Assembly: GCA_001785865.1 (NCBI GenBank)
Contig: MFUZ01000006.1
Span: forward strand, 176,880-240,879
Origin: Candidatus Nomurabacteria bacterium RIFCSPLOWO2_01_FULL_41_18
GTDB lineage: Bacteria; Patescibacteriota; Minisyncoccia; Phycocordibacterales; UBA9973
Direction of reading: 5' to 3'
DNA: 64,000 nucleotides
In this document: piece by piece, positions 20,452-30,372 of the stretch
Position numbering within the stretch: position 1 is the first letter of the stretch
Layout of the letters: each line of letters begins with the position of its first letter
Program-made: the position numbers and the translations under genes
The notes under the pieces: generated by a model
Databases searched by the model: none
Seen by the model: only the letters and a program-made list of their open reading frames with translations
Told to the model about the DNA's origin: nothing

Positions 20452-20660
20452 AACTTATTTCTTCCTTTTTTAATAAAAAGGACAAAAAACTATTTATAAA
20501 CCCTCCCAAGGCGGGCGGGCGTAGAAAACTCTTTTTCGCTAAATGAGACCCTACAGGAAAAGCATACCATATCTGAAATGAAAAGCAATAATTGTGTATA
20601 AAAAGGAACAGGTCGCCTGATTTTATTCAAGCAACCCGGTCTTGCAATTCAAAAATCTAA

Positions 20661-21209
20661 TTAAAATTTGCGTTTCCAAACCACAAACAAGCTACGACTT
20701 TGTGTGGTTTGTCCAACCGACGACACAGGGTACTCATCCCTGTACTGAACCTCGATCCCTTTCAGCCACGATCTTTGCCGAAATGAAAAGATATCCAGTT
20801 TCTCCCTCTTGTCTGGGGTTCGGACAGAATTCATCCCTACCCCTTCCCACGCATTTTCCGGCGTTGCTTTTGATAGCATTTCTGCCGACTTTAGCGCTTG
20901 TGCTTCTTCGACGATGTCAGTTTTTGTGAGAAACAATTTCGCCGTCGAAGTCGCCGAAGCAACTGAAACTTTAGGTTTTGGCTGAACCGACGAGGTTTCG
21001 ACTTTCTTCTGCGGAAGCCTGGGTTCATAAAGCACCATTTGCAAGTCCTTCCAGGTTTTTTCATTCCTCATCTCCATCAAGTTCCATGAGGATTGATAGT
21101 CGTTGCTCGCCACAACCACGACTTTGTTTGTGCTCGCTTTCACAGTCACTACGCAAGCAACGAGACCAACCGCAACCAACACCAGCATCCGACTGAATGT
21201 AGTCTTCAT
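20661..21209 (-). CDS. Secreted hypothetical protein (signal peptide), in a GC-rich block
   Basis: N-terminus MKTTFSRMLVLVAVGLVACVVTVKAS. Local GC is about 50%. Confidence 0.5.
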   Translation of the reverse strand: MKTTFSRMLVLVAVGLVACVVTVKASTNKVVVVASNDYQSSWNLMEMRNEKTWKDLQMVLYEPRLPQKKVETSSVQPKPKVSVASATSTAKLFLTKTDIVEEAQALKSAEMLSKATPENAWEGVGMNSVRTPDKREKLDIFSFRQRSWLKGIEVQYRDEYPVSSVGQTTQSRSLFVVWKRKF

Positions 21210-21339
21210 AGTTTTTTCGGTTTAGGGGGTTTAGGTTTGGAACGTCTTGGATTGTCAAAAAGACCAATCTGAGGAATAGTCTAGCACTTTTATAAAAATT
21301 TGCATCTAAATTTTATTAAGAAAATTAATACAAAAAGTA

Positions 21340-21372
21340 AAGGCCGGTTGCTTTCGCAACCGGCCCGAATCA
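21340..21372 (-). terminator. Hairpin GGCCGGTTGC-tttc-GCAACCGGCC downstream of the 395-aa secreted protein gene
   Basis: Perfect 10-bp stem. Confidence 0.55.
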
Positions 21373-21430
21373 TGATAGTCATTATTTTTGGTCTACACTA
21401 GACCATCTCGACTCAAGGTCGAGCACGAGG

Positions 21431-22618
21431 TCACTTTTCCTCAATGATGACTGGCGTAACTGCGCCACTGCCACCACGATACGAATTATATGGAGACTCA
21501 AAGGTCGAGTCTTGGAAATTCCACCAAATCGGGATCACGTGGTATCGCCCGATTGAGAAGTCCAACTCGAGATCCTCGTTCCAATTTATCGGAAACTCAC
21601 CGGAATCGCCTGTTGCGACGTTAACGATGATCACTTTTTGAGCTGTCTCGCCTTCTGAAGTGCGAACCACCAAACGAACACCGCTGACATTAGAGGTGTA
21701 AGTGACTTCCGTCAGGATGTCACTACCTCGCCTGTACTCGGCCTCGGGTCGTATGACGATTGTGTTCACATTGGTCAGGACTTGTGTCCCTTCAATGGTC
21801 GGACGTACGTTCGCATGCACTTCTCCGACTTTGCTTGCTGAACCAGATGGAACATCAAACGCAATTTGATTCCAATTGCTGTCAATGGCAACAATCACCG
21901 ATCTGCTACCGATAACATTCCTTGGAATGAGAAATCCTCCATTGCTGTCGGGAGAAAGCCAGATAGGCTCTCCACCGTCTTCAGGAAAGATTTGTAAATA
22001 GCGAGCGCCGGGAACAGTGACACGAATGTTCTTTGCAATTGTCACTTCAGGATCTTTCCCATACAGAGACCACCGCATTACCCCATTCGTCGGCTGTGGA
22101 TAGTCCTGATACGTGTACTTCTCCGAACTGCCCTCGAAAAGAGCAACCCAGTTTGTATCGAGATATTTCACAGTGACAGTGACCCGCCCACTTGTGGCGA
22201 TTGGAAACGAAACCTCGACGCTTGCAACGGTGTCACTCATCTCGTCGATCGAGGGCGAAAGACTCGAATAACTCCAACCCCAGCTGTAGCCACCGGAGGC
22301 GACCATGACCGGAGATCGGAATTCAAGATCCAAGTTGCTGACTCTCCTCAGCGCCCACGACATAAACGCAGGCTTCGACTGAAACATCCACAGATTGGAT
22401 GCCACGGTTTCAACCGTGAGAATCTGGTTGGACGCCGGCACCGACACCACGTTGGTTGGCAACGTAATTGGGGTCGGCATGTTCCCAAAGCAGGACTGAC
22501 CAGTGGTTACAGAGAACCCGTTGGTCCGATCACCGCAGCCAGGAATTGTTTCGGCGTTGATAGTGAATACCGCGACCGTCATCCCAATGACGGCAACTAA
22601 CGTTTTGATTGCTTTCAT
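21431..22618 (-). CDS. Secreted hypothetical protein (395 aa, signal peptide), GC-rich
   Basis: N-terminus MKAIKTLVAVIGMTVAVFTINAET. No recognisable domain. Confidence 0.55.
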   Translation of the reverse strand: MKAIKTLVAVIGMTVAVFTINAETIPGCGDRTNGFSVTTGQSCFGNMPTPITLPTNVVSVPASNQILTVETVASNLWMFQSKPAFMSWALRRVSNLDLEFRSPVMVASGGYSWGWSYSSLSPSIDEMSDTVASVEVSFPIATSGRVTVTVKYLDTNWVALFEGSSEKYTYQDYPQPTNGVMRWSLYGKDPEVTIAKNIRVTVPGARYLQIFPEDGGEPIWLSPDSNGGFLIPRNVIGSRSVIVAIDSNWNQIAFDVPSGSASKVGEVHANVRPTIEGTQVLTNVNTIVIRPEAEYRRGSDILTEVTYTSNVSGVRLVVRTSEGETAQKVIIVNVATGDSGEFPINWNEDLELDFSIGRYHVIPIWWNFQDSTFESPYNSYRGGSGAVTPVIIEEK

Positions 22619-22678
22619 TTATTTCAGTTCTTGGTTGTATTTCTTTGTTGTTCTTATTTACGGTTTTTTGTCTTGAGT

Positions 22679-22960
22679 TTACTTGTCGCTAAACGTCGGA
22701 CGAGTCCGCGTGTTCACGACGTTTGTTGAGTTGACTGCCACCACCACTGGACCCGTTCCACCCACCGGTGCAAGTTCCTTTTTCAGAAACTCCTCCAGCA
22801 CTGGTGAAGGTGCCACGGAAACTGACACAACCTCCTGTTTTGGTTCAGGCACCGGCGCAGTTTCAGCAACCGGCGAAACCGGCCCCAGGCACGTTGTGTA
22901 CCAGACTCCAACTCCACACAGGGCAGTTAGAATTATCCAGACTTTAGTCGATTTATTCAT
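22679..22960 (-). CDS. Small signal-anchored hypothetical protein (start MNKSTKV preceded by GGAGG), GC-rich
   Basis: An internal Met with a strong RBS. The longer track ORF would overlap prfA. Confidence 0.45.
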   Translation of the reverse strand: MNKSTKVWIILTALCGVGVWYTTCLGPVSPVAETAPVPEPKQEVVSVSVAPSPVLEEFLKKELAPVGGTGPVVVAVNSTNVVNTRTRPTFSDK

Positions 22961-23078
22961 AATTTCCTCCGTTCGGTTCCAACAGTCCTCACAGACACAA
23001 AAACACACTCCTTGATCGCCAAGCGAAAAGAAGTTGTCTTTATCGAGCCCTAAAGTCAAGGGCAAAATACCCTTCATT

Positions 23079-24047
23079 TTAGTCGCTTTCCTCGTTTCCA
23101 ACCACCCCAGAATCTATAGCTGTAATGATATCCCCGATATCGCCTTCCATTATTTTAGGCAGATTATGCCAGGATTTCTTTATACGATGATCTGTCACCC
23201 GGTCTTGTGGAAAATTGTAGGTGCGGATTTTTTCTGATCTGTCAGCTGTGCCTATTTGCTCTTTGCGATCACCCGCATATTTCTTTGCTTCTTTCTCTTC
23301 TTCAAGTTGCTGAAGTTTAGCTGTCAAAATAGCCATCGCCTTTTCTCTGTTTGCAAGCTGACTTCGTTCATTTGTGGAACGCACATCGAGCCCTGTCGGC
23401 TTGTGGATGATACGCACAGCCGTCTCAACTTTGTTTACATTTTGTCCGCCCTTTCCGCCAGAGCGAGAATATTCCATTTCAAATTCTGAAGGATCAATTT
23501 TTACTGTAACTTTTTTCCTAATGGGTAGAACTGCCACCGACGCAGTGGAAGTGTGTATCCTGCCATTTTTTTCAGTCGCAGGCATTCTCTGCACTCTATG
23601 CACGCCCGTTTCATAACGCATTTTATCGTAAATATTTTTTCCTTTTATTTCAAAACTCGCCTCCTTGTAGCCATTCAAATCACTTTTAGATTCATAGTTG
23701 ACTCTCCACTGCCAACCTTGAGCTTCTGAAAACTTCTCATACATATGCGCGAGCTCCCACGCAAAAAGAGATGCCTCGTCTCCGCCGGCGCCTGCCCGCA
23801 CTTCTAGTACTATCTCATTAGTTATCTCTTCTTCTATTTTTTCTTTATCTAAAATTTCTTGAACTTGTTTTTCTATTCTTTCTCTTTCTTCTTGAATAAA
23901 TTTTAATTCTTTTGCTGCCATTTCGTGCAAGCTGTCATCACCCGAGAGCATCTCTCGCACTTCAGCTTCTTCTCGCAAAATTTTTTCTAGCATTTCTGCT
24001 AGATAATTTGTTCTGTGATCTTTCTTAAGTTCAGATATGTCCAACAT
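23079..24047 (-). CDS. prfA: Peptide chain release factor 1
   Basis: PAT tripeptide (RMPATEKNGRIHTS) and GGQ motif (SGGKGGQNVNK). Confidence 0.9.
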   Translation of the reverse strand: MLDISELKKDHRTNYLAEMLEKILREEAEVREMLSGDDSLHEMAAKELKFIQEERERIEKQVQEILDKEKIEEEITNEIVLEVRAGAGGDEASLFAWELAHMYEKFSEAQGWQWRVNYESKSDLNGYKEASFEIKGKNIYDKMRYETGVHRVQRMPATEKNGRIHTSTASVAVLPIRKKVTVKIDPSEFEMEYSRSGGKGGQNVNKVETAVRIIHKPTGLDVRSTNERSQLANREKAMAILTAKLQQLEEEKEAKKYAGDRKEQIGTADRSEKIRTYNFPQDRVTDHRIKKSWHNLPKIMEGDIGDIITAIDSGVVGNEESD

Positions 24048-24266
24048 TTACTTCTTAGCTTTTGCAGTGGCCGCTTTTCTCTTATTGAAACGTTCCACAC
24101 GTCCAGCGGTGTCCATGATCTTTTCATTGCCAGTATAGAAAGGATGACATTGACTACAAATTTCCATCTCGATACTCGCCATAGTCGAACCAACTTCAAA
24201 TACCGCCCCGCAAGCGCAGGTTGCTTTTGTTTTTATATCGTATTTTGGGTGTATATCTTTTTTCAT
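24048..24266 (-). CDS. rpmE: 50S ribosomal protein L31
   Basis: MKKDIHPKY and a CxxC...CxxC zinc ribbon. Confidence 0.9.
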   Translation of the reverse strand: MKKDIHPKYDIKTKATCACGAVFEVGSTMASIEMEICSQCHPFYTGNEKIMDTAGRVERFNKRKAATAKAKK

Positions 24267-24289
24267 TGCTCCGAAACATTATCATAAAT

Positions 24290-25669
24290 TTATGATGAAA
24301 GCAAATCGATGTTGGCCTGGATGGAAGCTTTCAGCCTTGCCACACTTTGGCTGTATGAGCAGGAGATTCCTCCGGAACCGTAATATTTGCACGCGGCAAT
24401 ATTTTGAGCGCTGGCGCTCGTACCTATGCCCCCTAGATCCGTCAAGTACATGGAAGAAGCCATGAAAGCATCTTTCGGTTCCCAAGGACTCGCGTCGCGG
24501 CCAAGCAAATTTCGGAGGCGCCCTTCAAACAAAGTCCAGGTAGTAGGAATGAATTGCGCAGGACCCATGGCGCCTCCGTATCCTGCCACTCCCGCGATCG
24601 GACAAGAAATTGCGGTCTGGTTCCAGACTAGGCCGAGCTTTGAAGTGATGCGAAGGAAGTCTTCCACATCCCCTTTTCTTCCTGGCATACCCATCGGTTT
24701 CATGACATTCGAGAAAGGCGTTCCAGTGTTCTTGCCTATCCCCGCTCCAGTCGTCTGGTTTGTGAGATAGCATTGTCCGACGTTTGAACCCAGATTGCTC
24801 TCCTGTGTAAGAATTGCGAGAAGAAAAGCGGGCTCAATGCCGGTAAGTTTTTGAGCCTCTTGCGCGTAAGCAAGCGCTGTGCCAAATTCAATCTTCTGCG
24901 AAGTGTTTGCGAGCGGGAACAAAGCGCTCCTAATCCTGTCGGCCCTTGCTTTCTTTTCTGCAGCCAACTTTTGATAAGCAGCTTCGGTCTGCTGGGAAAT
25001 AGAGAGAAGTTGCCTCTTTTCAGCTTCAGAAACAGCTACTTTTTTTTGAGCGCTTTCGAGCTCCGCTTTCGCGTCAGTCTCTGCATTTTGCTTTTTCTCC
25101 AGATCCTGCTTGGCGACTTCGGTCTCTTGCTTAACCCCTTTGATCATATCCACTGAATCTTTTACTGCTGCCTTGAGTGAAGTATAGGATTCGAGATCAT
25201 TATAAAAATTAGAAAGATTGTCGTCAGAAAGAATGAGGTGCACTATATTTTCATTATCATACTCATTTGTATTCCGCAATAATTGGGCCAAGGATTCATA
25301 TTCGCGTTCTATCTTGCTCGAAAGAGAATTGATAGTTTTGGCTTTCTCGGTGATATTGATCTTCAGTTGAGCAATCACGAGCCCCCTCGCCTTGATTTTG
25401 GCTTTTAGGGCATTTATCTGGCTGTTTAAATAATTCACATCTCCGGTCAAGGTACCGGTTTGCTTTTGCTGCTGTTTCTGTAAGTCAAGTAACTTGGCGA
25501 GTTCCGCTTCTATCTGCGAAAGTTCGTTCTTGCAATAATTTTTATCTGACTCGCTTGAAGAAGGAGTGAGTTTAAGACAATCAAAAGCAGCCTCTCCTCT
25601 CACTAAGGGAAAGATTAATAATCCACTAAACAGTAAAAAGCTAACAAAAAATACGGTATTTCTAACCAT
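24290..25669 (-). CDS. Secreted coiled-coil protein with a C-terminal lytic transglycosylase (SLT-like) domain
   Basis: Signal peptide, a long Q/K/E-rich coiled coil, and a C-terminal FLLAILTQESNLG (catalytic Glu) domain. Confidence 0.6.
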   Translation of the reverse strand: MVRNTVFFVSFLLFSGLLIFPLVRGEAAFDCLKLTPSSSESDKNYCKNELSQIEAELAKLLDLQKQQQKQTGTLTGDVNYLNSQINALKAKIKARGLVIAQLKINITEKAKTINSLSSKIEREYESLAQLLRNTNEYDNENIVHLILSDDNLSNFYNDLESYTSLKAAVKDSVDMIKGVKQETEVAKQDLEKKQNAETDAKAELESAQKKVAVSEAEKRQLLSISQQTEAAYQKLAAEKKARADRIRSALFPLANTSQKIEFGTALAYAQEAQKLTGIEPAFLLAILTQESNLGSNVGQCYLTNQTTGAGIGKNTGTPFSNVMKPMGMPGRKGDVEDFLRITSKLGLVWNQTAISCPIAGVAGYGGAMGPAQFIPTTWTLFEGRLRNLLGRDASPWEPKDAFMASSMYLTDLGGIGTSASAQNIAACKYYGSGGISCSYSQSVARLKASIQANIDLLSS

Positions 25670-25690
25670 ATTTTTATTATATCACAAATC

Positions 25691-26392
25691 TTATTTTTTC
25701 TCGGCTTTTTCCCCGCCTGCGTGTGCAGGTTCCTTGGCAGCGACAGTAACGGCATCTGCGGCCGGAACTCCTTCCTCCTCTTTCTTGCCTTTCTTCTCAA
25801 CTTCAATTGCAGTCAAATCAGGCGCTACGACAACTTCCTCTTTTTCTTCCACTTGAGCAACGACAGATGCGACAACATCACCGGCAGATGTGATAGCCAC
25901 GACTCCAGATGGCAATTTGATATCAGAAACTAAAATATTATTATCTAAAGTTTCAAGCTTTGATATGTCAACAGAAAGATTGTGCGGTAAATGAGCAGGC
26001 AGAGCTTCGATTTCTATTTCATGAAGAACTTTTACAAGGTTTCCTATGCCAGTTTTAACTGCATTTGATATACCTTCAAAGACAAGAGGTACTTTAACTT
26101 TTATTTTCTTTTTCATGTCAATAGCCAAAAAGTCTACATGAATAGGTTCGTCTGTCACTGGATCTACTTGTACTTCGTGAATGAGCACATCTATGTCTCC
26201 ATCTGATGTGGCAACTTTAACAGCTGAAGATTCCCCTGCCTCCCTCCAGACTTTCTTGAATTCAATATTTGAAATAACAATGGAAGTGGTATCTTGTCCC
26301 GCACCGTAAAAAACAGCTGGGATTTTCCCAGATTTTCTTAAAACACCTAATTTCGTATCCAAATCTCGCTTGGAAGCTTTAATTACAAACAT
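25691..26392 (-). CDS. rplY: 50S ribosomal protein L25 / general stress protein Ctc form
   Basis: L25 N-terminal beta-barrel plus a Ctc-type C-terminal extension with an acidic/Lys tail. Confidence 0.8.
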   Translation of the reverse strand: MFVIKASKRDLDTKLGVLRKSGKIPAVFYGAGQDTTSIVISNIEFKKVWREAGESSAVKVATSDGDIDVLIHEVQVDPVTDEPIHVDFLAIDMKKKIKVKVPLVFEGISNAVKTGIGNLVKVLHEIEIEALPAHLPHNLSVDISKLETLDNNILVSDIKLPSGVVAITSAGDVVASVVAQVEEKEEVVVAPDLTAIEVEKKGKKEEEGVPAADAVTVAAKEPAHAGGEKAEKK

Positions 26393-26427
26393 AGGAACAG
26401 TATATAGAAAAAAAATAAAAATGCAAA

Positions 26428-28182
26428 TCAGACCTTATGCTTCGCGTCATGCTCGATAGCAATATGGTCTGTGATATATTTTTTTGTTCCTTCCTCTTCA
26501 GTAGGCACTTTTTTCCCTGGATTTAAAATGTTTAACGGATCGAAAATTTTCTTTATTTCCGCAAAGAGCCGTATTATCTCTTTTGGATACATTTTGTCGA
26601 GATATGGAGTGCGGATGATGCCATCATTGTGCTCCGCAGTAATTGAGCCATGGTATCTCCCCACCAAGTCATAGACTTTGTCTGAAAGCTCCATAATAAT
26701 CTTAGCGGTACCTGGACGCTTGAAATCCATCAGCGGAATGATATGGAAATTCCCGTCTCCGGCATGGCCGGCTAAGGTAAACATAAGATCGTATCCGCTT
26801 AATATCGCGTTTAACTCCGGAAGGAACTTCGGCAAAAATTCTGGGCGAACGATCACATCATCGATAAATGGAGCAGTACGCATACCTTTGACATGCTTCC
26901 GAAGGAGCGCAAAGCTCTCTCGGCGGATATCCCAATATTTATTCGCTTCAATTTCTGATTTAGTTATATGAACTTTCAACCCCGACGCATTAGGTTGGGA
27001 TCCCGACTTTATGTCGGGATTAAAAATTTTCAACCTTGATTTTAATACTTGGCATTTTTTATCAACTTCCTTTTCATCATTACCGGCAAACTCAGCCAGA
27101 ATAATTAATTTAGGAAAACCATCTTTAAGCATAAGAAGCGCTTCCGGCAAAAAACTCCACATGAATTTAAGCATTCCCAAAATTCCTTTGTTCTTGAGAA
27201 AATCCGGGAAAAATTTGACCGCTAGCTTCATAGTCTTGTCATCATATGTTTCGAGAGTTTCCGGGTTGAGGGTGAGGATCTCTTCCACCAAGCGCCCGAG
27301 CGGGCCTATGTCGTTCACAAAGATGGCCACAAGCTTGGAATATTTGTTCTCTGGGATCACCTTGAAAGTAATCTCTGTGACAATACCCAAAGTGCCCTGT
27401 GAACCGACTAATAATTTATTGAGATCAAATGCATACCCTTCGGCTCCGCTCAGGGTCTTTGGCTTTTGGCCTTCGACATTCCAAATATAATATCCAGCAG
27501 AATTCTTGCTTACTTTTGGTTTTGCGTGTTGTATTTCTGATTCATTATTTTGTATTAATGAAAATATATTTTTATAAACATTCCCCTCAAAATCGTTCTG
27601 AGTAATCTTTTTATTTAATTCTTGTTTATTGAGTGGCTTTACGACATATTCATTACCATCAGCAAAGACCACTTTGGCTTCTAAAATATAATTTTCAGTT
27701 TGACCGTATTTTAAAGTTCTCTCGCCAGCAGAATTGTTTCCAAACATGCCACCCATGGCATTTATACTTTTTGAAGCCGTGTAGCACGGCAAAATCATTC
27801 CTTTTTCTAAAGTTATTTTTTCAAAATCTCTATAAAACATCCCGGGTTGAACGGCAATTTCCCATATAGACTTTGTTTTCATGGGTAATGGCCCGCCAAT
27901 TAATTTATTCATGTACCGAGTGAAATCCAAAATAATAGATTCACCTATCGCTCCCCCCGACATATCGGTTCCGGCACACCTCGCTGTGATAGAAAGATCC
28001 GGATACTTTTGTTTATTTTCATTTACCCATTTAACTAAATTTTTCACATCTTCCGAATCTTTTGGAAAAAGCACAATTTTAGGCCGCACTTCAAGTAAGC
28101 TCGCATCATGCGAATATTTTAAAAGCGTTTCTGCATCATCCTCCACATCTCCCCTAAAAAATTTTTGTATTTCGGGTTTCAT
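26428..28182 (-). CDS. FAD-linked oxidoreductase (GlcD / D-lactate dehydrogenase family)
   Basis: PCMH-type FAD-binding N-terminal domain and a C-terminal FAD-oxidase domain (HAGDGNFH). Confidence 0.7.
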   Translation of the reverse strand: MKPEIQKFFRGDVEDDAETLLKYSHDASLLEVRPKIVLFPKDSEDVKNLVKWVNENKQKYPDLSITARCAGTDMSGGAIGESIILDFTRYMNKLIGGPLPMKTKSIWEIAVQPGMFYRDFEKITLEKGMILPCYTASKSINAMGGMFGNNSAGERTLKYGQTENYILEAKVVFADGNEYVVKPLNKQELNKKITQNDFEGNVYKNIFSLIQNNESEIQHAKPKVSKNSAGYYIWNVEGQKPKTLSGAEGYAFDLNKLLVGSQGTLGIVTEITFKVIPENKYSKLVAIFVNDIGPLGRLVEEILTLNPETLETYDDKTMKLAVKFFPDFLKNKGILGMLKFMWSFLPEALLMLKDGFPKLIILAEFAGNDEKEVDKKCQVLKSRLKIFNPDIKSGSQPNASGLKVHITKSEIEANKYWDIRRESFALLRKHVKGMRTAPFIDDVIVRPEFLPKFLPELNAILSGYDLMFTLAGHAGDGNFHIIPLMDFKRPGTAKIIMELSDKVYDLVGRYHGSITAEHNDGIIRTPYLDKMYPKEIIRLFAEIKKIFDPLNILNPGKKVPTEEEGTKKYITDHIAIEHDAKHKV

Positions 28183-28874
28183 ATTCTGTCTCGATATTTT
28201 ATGAAATCATTAATAAATAATCTATATAATGCGGGAGTAATTTTTTTTATCTCTTCCGCCCACTTTCGTACAATTTCCATTTCGCTATTAAAATTAACCC
28301 TAGACATATAAAAAAGAGTTGCGAAAGGAATAAGATCTGGTTCGTCTTTCAATCTTTCAATTTTTTCATCTTCTGAAACCATTAAAACTTGTGGCTTTAT
28401 TCTATCTCTATATGCTCCTACAGTTTTGGGATATATTTTATCGTATGCTTCAATCGCTGTTTGCGGTAAGCCAGACATTCTACCCATTTCCCAATAAATT
28501 TCTGGATCTCTTTCATGATTACCATAATCGGGCCTAGACCAAAAATGTGATATTAAATCTAAGTCCTTTTGATTATTTGCAACAAGACAAATTTTACCCG
28601 GTCTTGATCCTCGTATTCTTATATTCAATACTGGACCTTCATTAAACAACATACCAGCCTTTTCAACTCTTTCTTTCAAGTCACGTAACACTGATTCTGG
28701 CATGCCAAGTTCAAGAGATACCGCAGTGGCTGTTTTTAACCCCTTCCAAACAAGCACAAGAAAAACTCTATCTTTTGGCTCTAAATGTTGAAAACTCTCC
28801 AACGAAGTTGCTATTTTGTGTTCTTCTGCATTTAATTCTCTTTTTTGTTGTCCAACACTATCAGGTGTTTTCAT
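28179..28874 (-). CDS. Hypothetical protein with a sigma-70 region-4-like HTH
   Basis: The segment LEPKDRVFLVLVWKGLKTATAVSLELGMPESVLRDLKERV. Confidence 0.4.
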   Translation of the reverse strand: MKTPDSVGQQKRELNAEEHKIATSLESFQHLEPKDRVFLVLVWKGLKTATAVSLELGMPESVLRDLKERVEKAGMLFNEGPVLNIRIRGSRPGKICLVANNQKDLDLISHFWSRPDYGNHERDPEIYWEMGRMSGLPQTAIEAYDKIYPKTVGAYRDRIKPQVLMVSEDEKIERLKDEPDLIPFATLFYMSRVNFNSEMEIVRKWAEEIKKITPALYRLFINDFIKYRDRI

Positions 28875-29446
28875 AATTTTTTATTTAAATACTTTAAAAT
28901 CACAGCCACACTTCTGTCCTCCTTCATTTTACCAGATAGTGCTAATTCTTTTAATTCATCTTTAGAGATTTTTTTGACTTCTATTTTTTCATGTTCTTCT
29001 AGTTTCTGTCCAACTTGTTCATATTTTTTAATTACAAAATAATACAAATCCCACTCAAAACTACCTCCGCATTTAGAAATACAAAAAAATTCCATTTCAA
29101 TAGGTTTTACGCCCACTTCTTCCATTCCTTCTCTGATAACAGCAACTTTCACTTTTTCTAGAATTTCTTTTTGATTTTTTGGGTCTTTCTGTTTTACTAA
29201 AAAATCATTGTACTCAATCAAGGAATCAAAAACTTTTCCACCTGGTAATCTAAAATCTATACCTAAACCAAATCTTTCTTCTTTGCTTATTAAAAATTCA
29301 CCATCTGGGGTTTCGATAATTAATCGCACTCCTGGAGCCCTGCGTCCTTTTTCTAACACAATTTCTTTACCATTTGGAAAAAGAGTCTCGTGAACTATTT
29401 CTATCATTTTTCCTTGATAAACTATTTTTTGATTTTTACTTTGCAT
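28871..29446 (-). CDS. NUDIX hydrolase
   Basis: Nudix box ...REGMEEVGV. Confidence 0.75.
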   Translation of the reverse strand: MQSKNQKIVYQGKMIEIVHETLFPNGKEIVLEKGRRAPGVRLIIETPDGEFLISKEERFGLGIDFRLPGGKVFDSLIEYNDFLVKQKDPKNQKEILEKVKVAVIREGMEEVGVKPIEMEFFCISKCGGSFEWDLYYFVIKKYEQVGQKLEEHEKIEVKKISKDELKELALSGKMKEDRSVAVILKYLNKKL

Positions 29447-29495
29447 ATTTGTATCCTAAATTTCATCTTTAGTCCTTTCGGATAAATGTATGAAA

Positions 29496-30368
29496 TTACT
29501 TCATCCCGCTAAAGAGTTTTAGTCGAGCTTCTACAACTTTCTCTACTGCATCTACAGCAGGAGGCAAATATTTATAAGGGGTAATTTCTTCAGGACTATC
29601 ATTCAGAGCTTTCCTTAATGCCTTAGTAAAGGCAACACGAATCTCAGTATTGATATGAACTATGTCCACACCTTCCTTTATGCAAGCGATGAAGTCTTCA
29701 TCCATTGAACCAGAACCACCATGCAATACTAATGGTATACCCGTAGCTTTGCGGATATCTTTGACGCGCTCAGGATGTAATCTAGGATTACCACTTTTAA
29801 CCATACCATGCACATTGCCAATAGAAGGTGCTAAAAGATCAATACCAGTTTCATCCACAAAATGCTTTGCATCTTCTGGGGTTGTCATCGTAGCTTCTGA
29901 AACTCCATCTGGAATTTTATCTAGAATTTTTGAAGATGAACCAATGAAACCAAGCTCTGCCTCTATTAAAATCTCTCTATTCTCTTTTTTAGAAAGCTCA
30001 CGAGCATACTCCACGCATTGTTTAGTAATTTTTATATTTTCTTCTAGTGGAAGTTTAACCAGATCGATAACGGCCGAATCAAAACCAGCATCTAGCGAAT
30101 TTTTTACCGCCTCAAAACTGTAATGATGGTCCGCATTCAAAAATATCGGATAATTGTCTCTGGCGCGCAACGCTCGCACGACAGCCACTGCCTCATTTTT
30201 TCCGAAAAATTCTTCTTCCCCTTCGGAGAGTCCAATAATAATCGGCACGCCTAATTTTTTTGCCGCGTTGTAAATACCGTGTAGCGCTTCTAGATTTGAA
30301 ATATTAAAATGACCCATCGCAATGCCTTTCTTATCCGCCTCTAAAATATATTCTTTATATGTTTTCAT
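29496..30368 (-). CDS. fba: Class II fructose-bisphosphate aldolase
   Basis: Class II aldolase metal ligands and overall alignment (GHFNISNLE...HGGSGS). Confidence 0.85.
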   Translation of the reverse strand: MKTYKEYILEADKKGIAMGHFNISNLEALHGIYNAAKKLGVPIIIGLSEGEEEFFGKNEAVAVVRALRARDNYPIFLNADHHYSFEAVKNSLDAGFDSAVIDLVKLPLEENIKITKQCVEYARELSKKENREILIEAELGFIGSSSKILDKIPDGVSEATMTTPEDAKHFVDETGIDLLAPSIGNVHGMVKSGNPRLHPERVKDIRKATGIPLVLHGGSGSMDEDFIACIKEGVDIVHINTEIRVAFTKALRKALNDSPEEITPYKYLPPAVDAVEKVVEARLKLFSGMK

Positions 30369-30372
30369 TCTT

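Noticed and set aside
20285-20509. 74-aa ORF overlapping the 5' end of the RRM gene
   Set aside because: It is out of frame and overlaps a strongly supported CDS and its 5'UTR. It has no RBS and its composition is arbitrary.
22961-23101. Long N-terminal extension of the small membrane protein (track start at 23101)
   Set aside because: The extension would overlap the prfA 3' end by 23 nt. An internal ATG at 22958-22960 has a perfect GGAGG RBS and starts a signal-anchor sequence, so the shorter CDS is preferred.
27020-27050. Perfect hairpin ATCCCGAC-tttat-GTCGGGAT inside the FAD-oxidase CDS as a regulatory element
   Set aside because: It is a single occurrence inside a coding region with no recurring counterpart. 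It is treated as coincidental.
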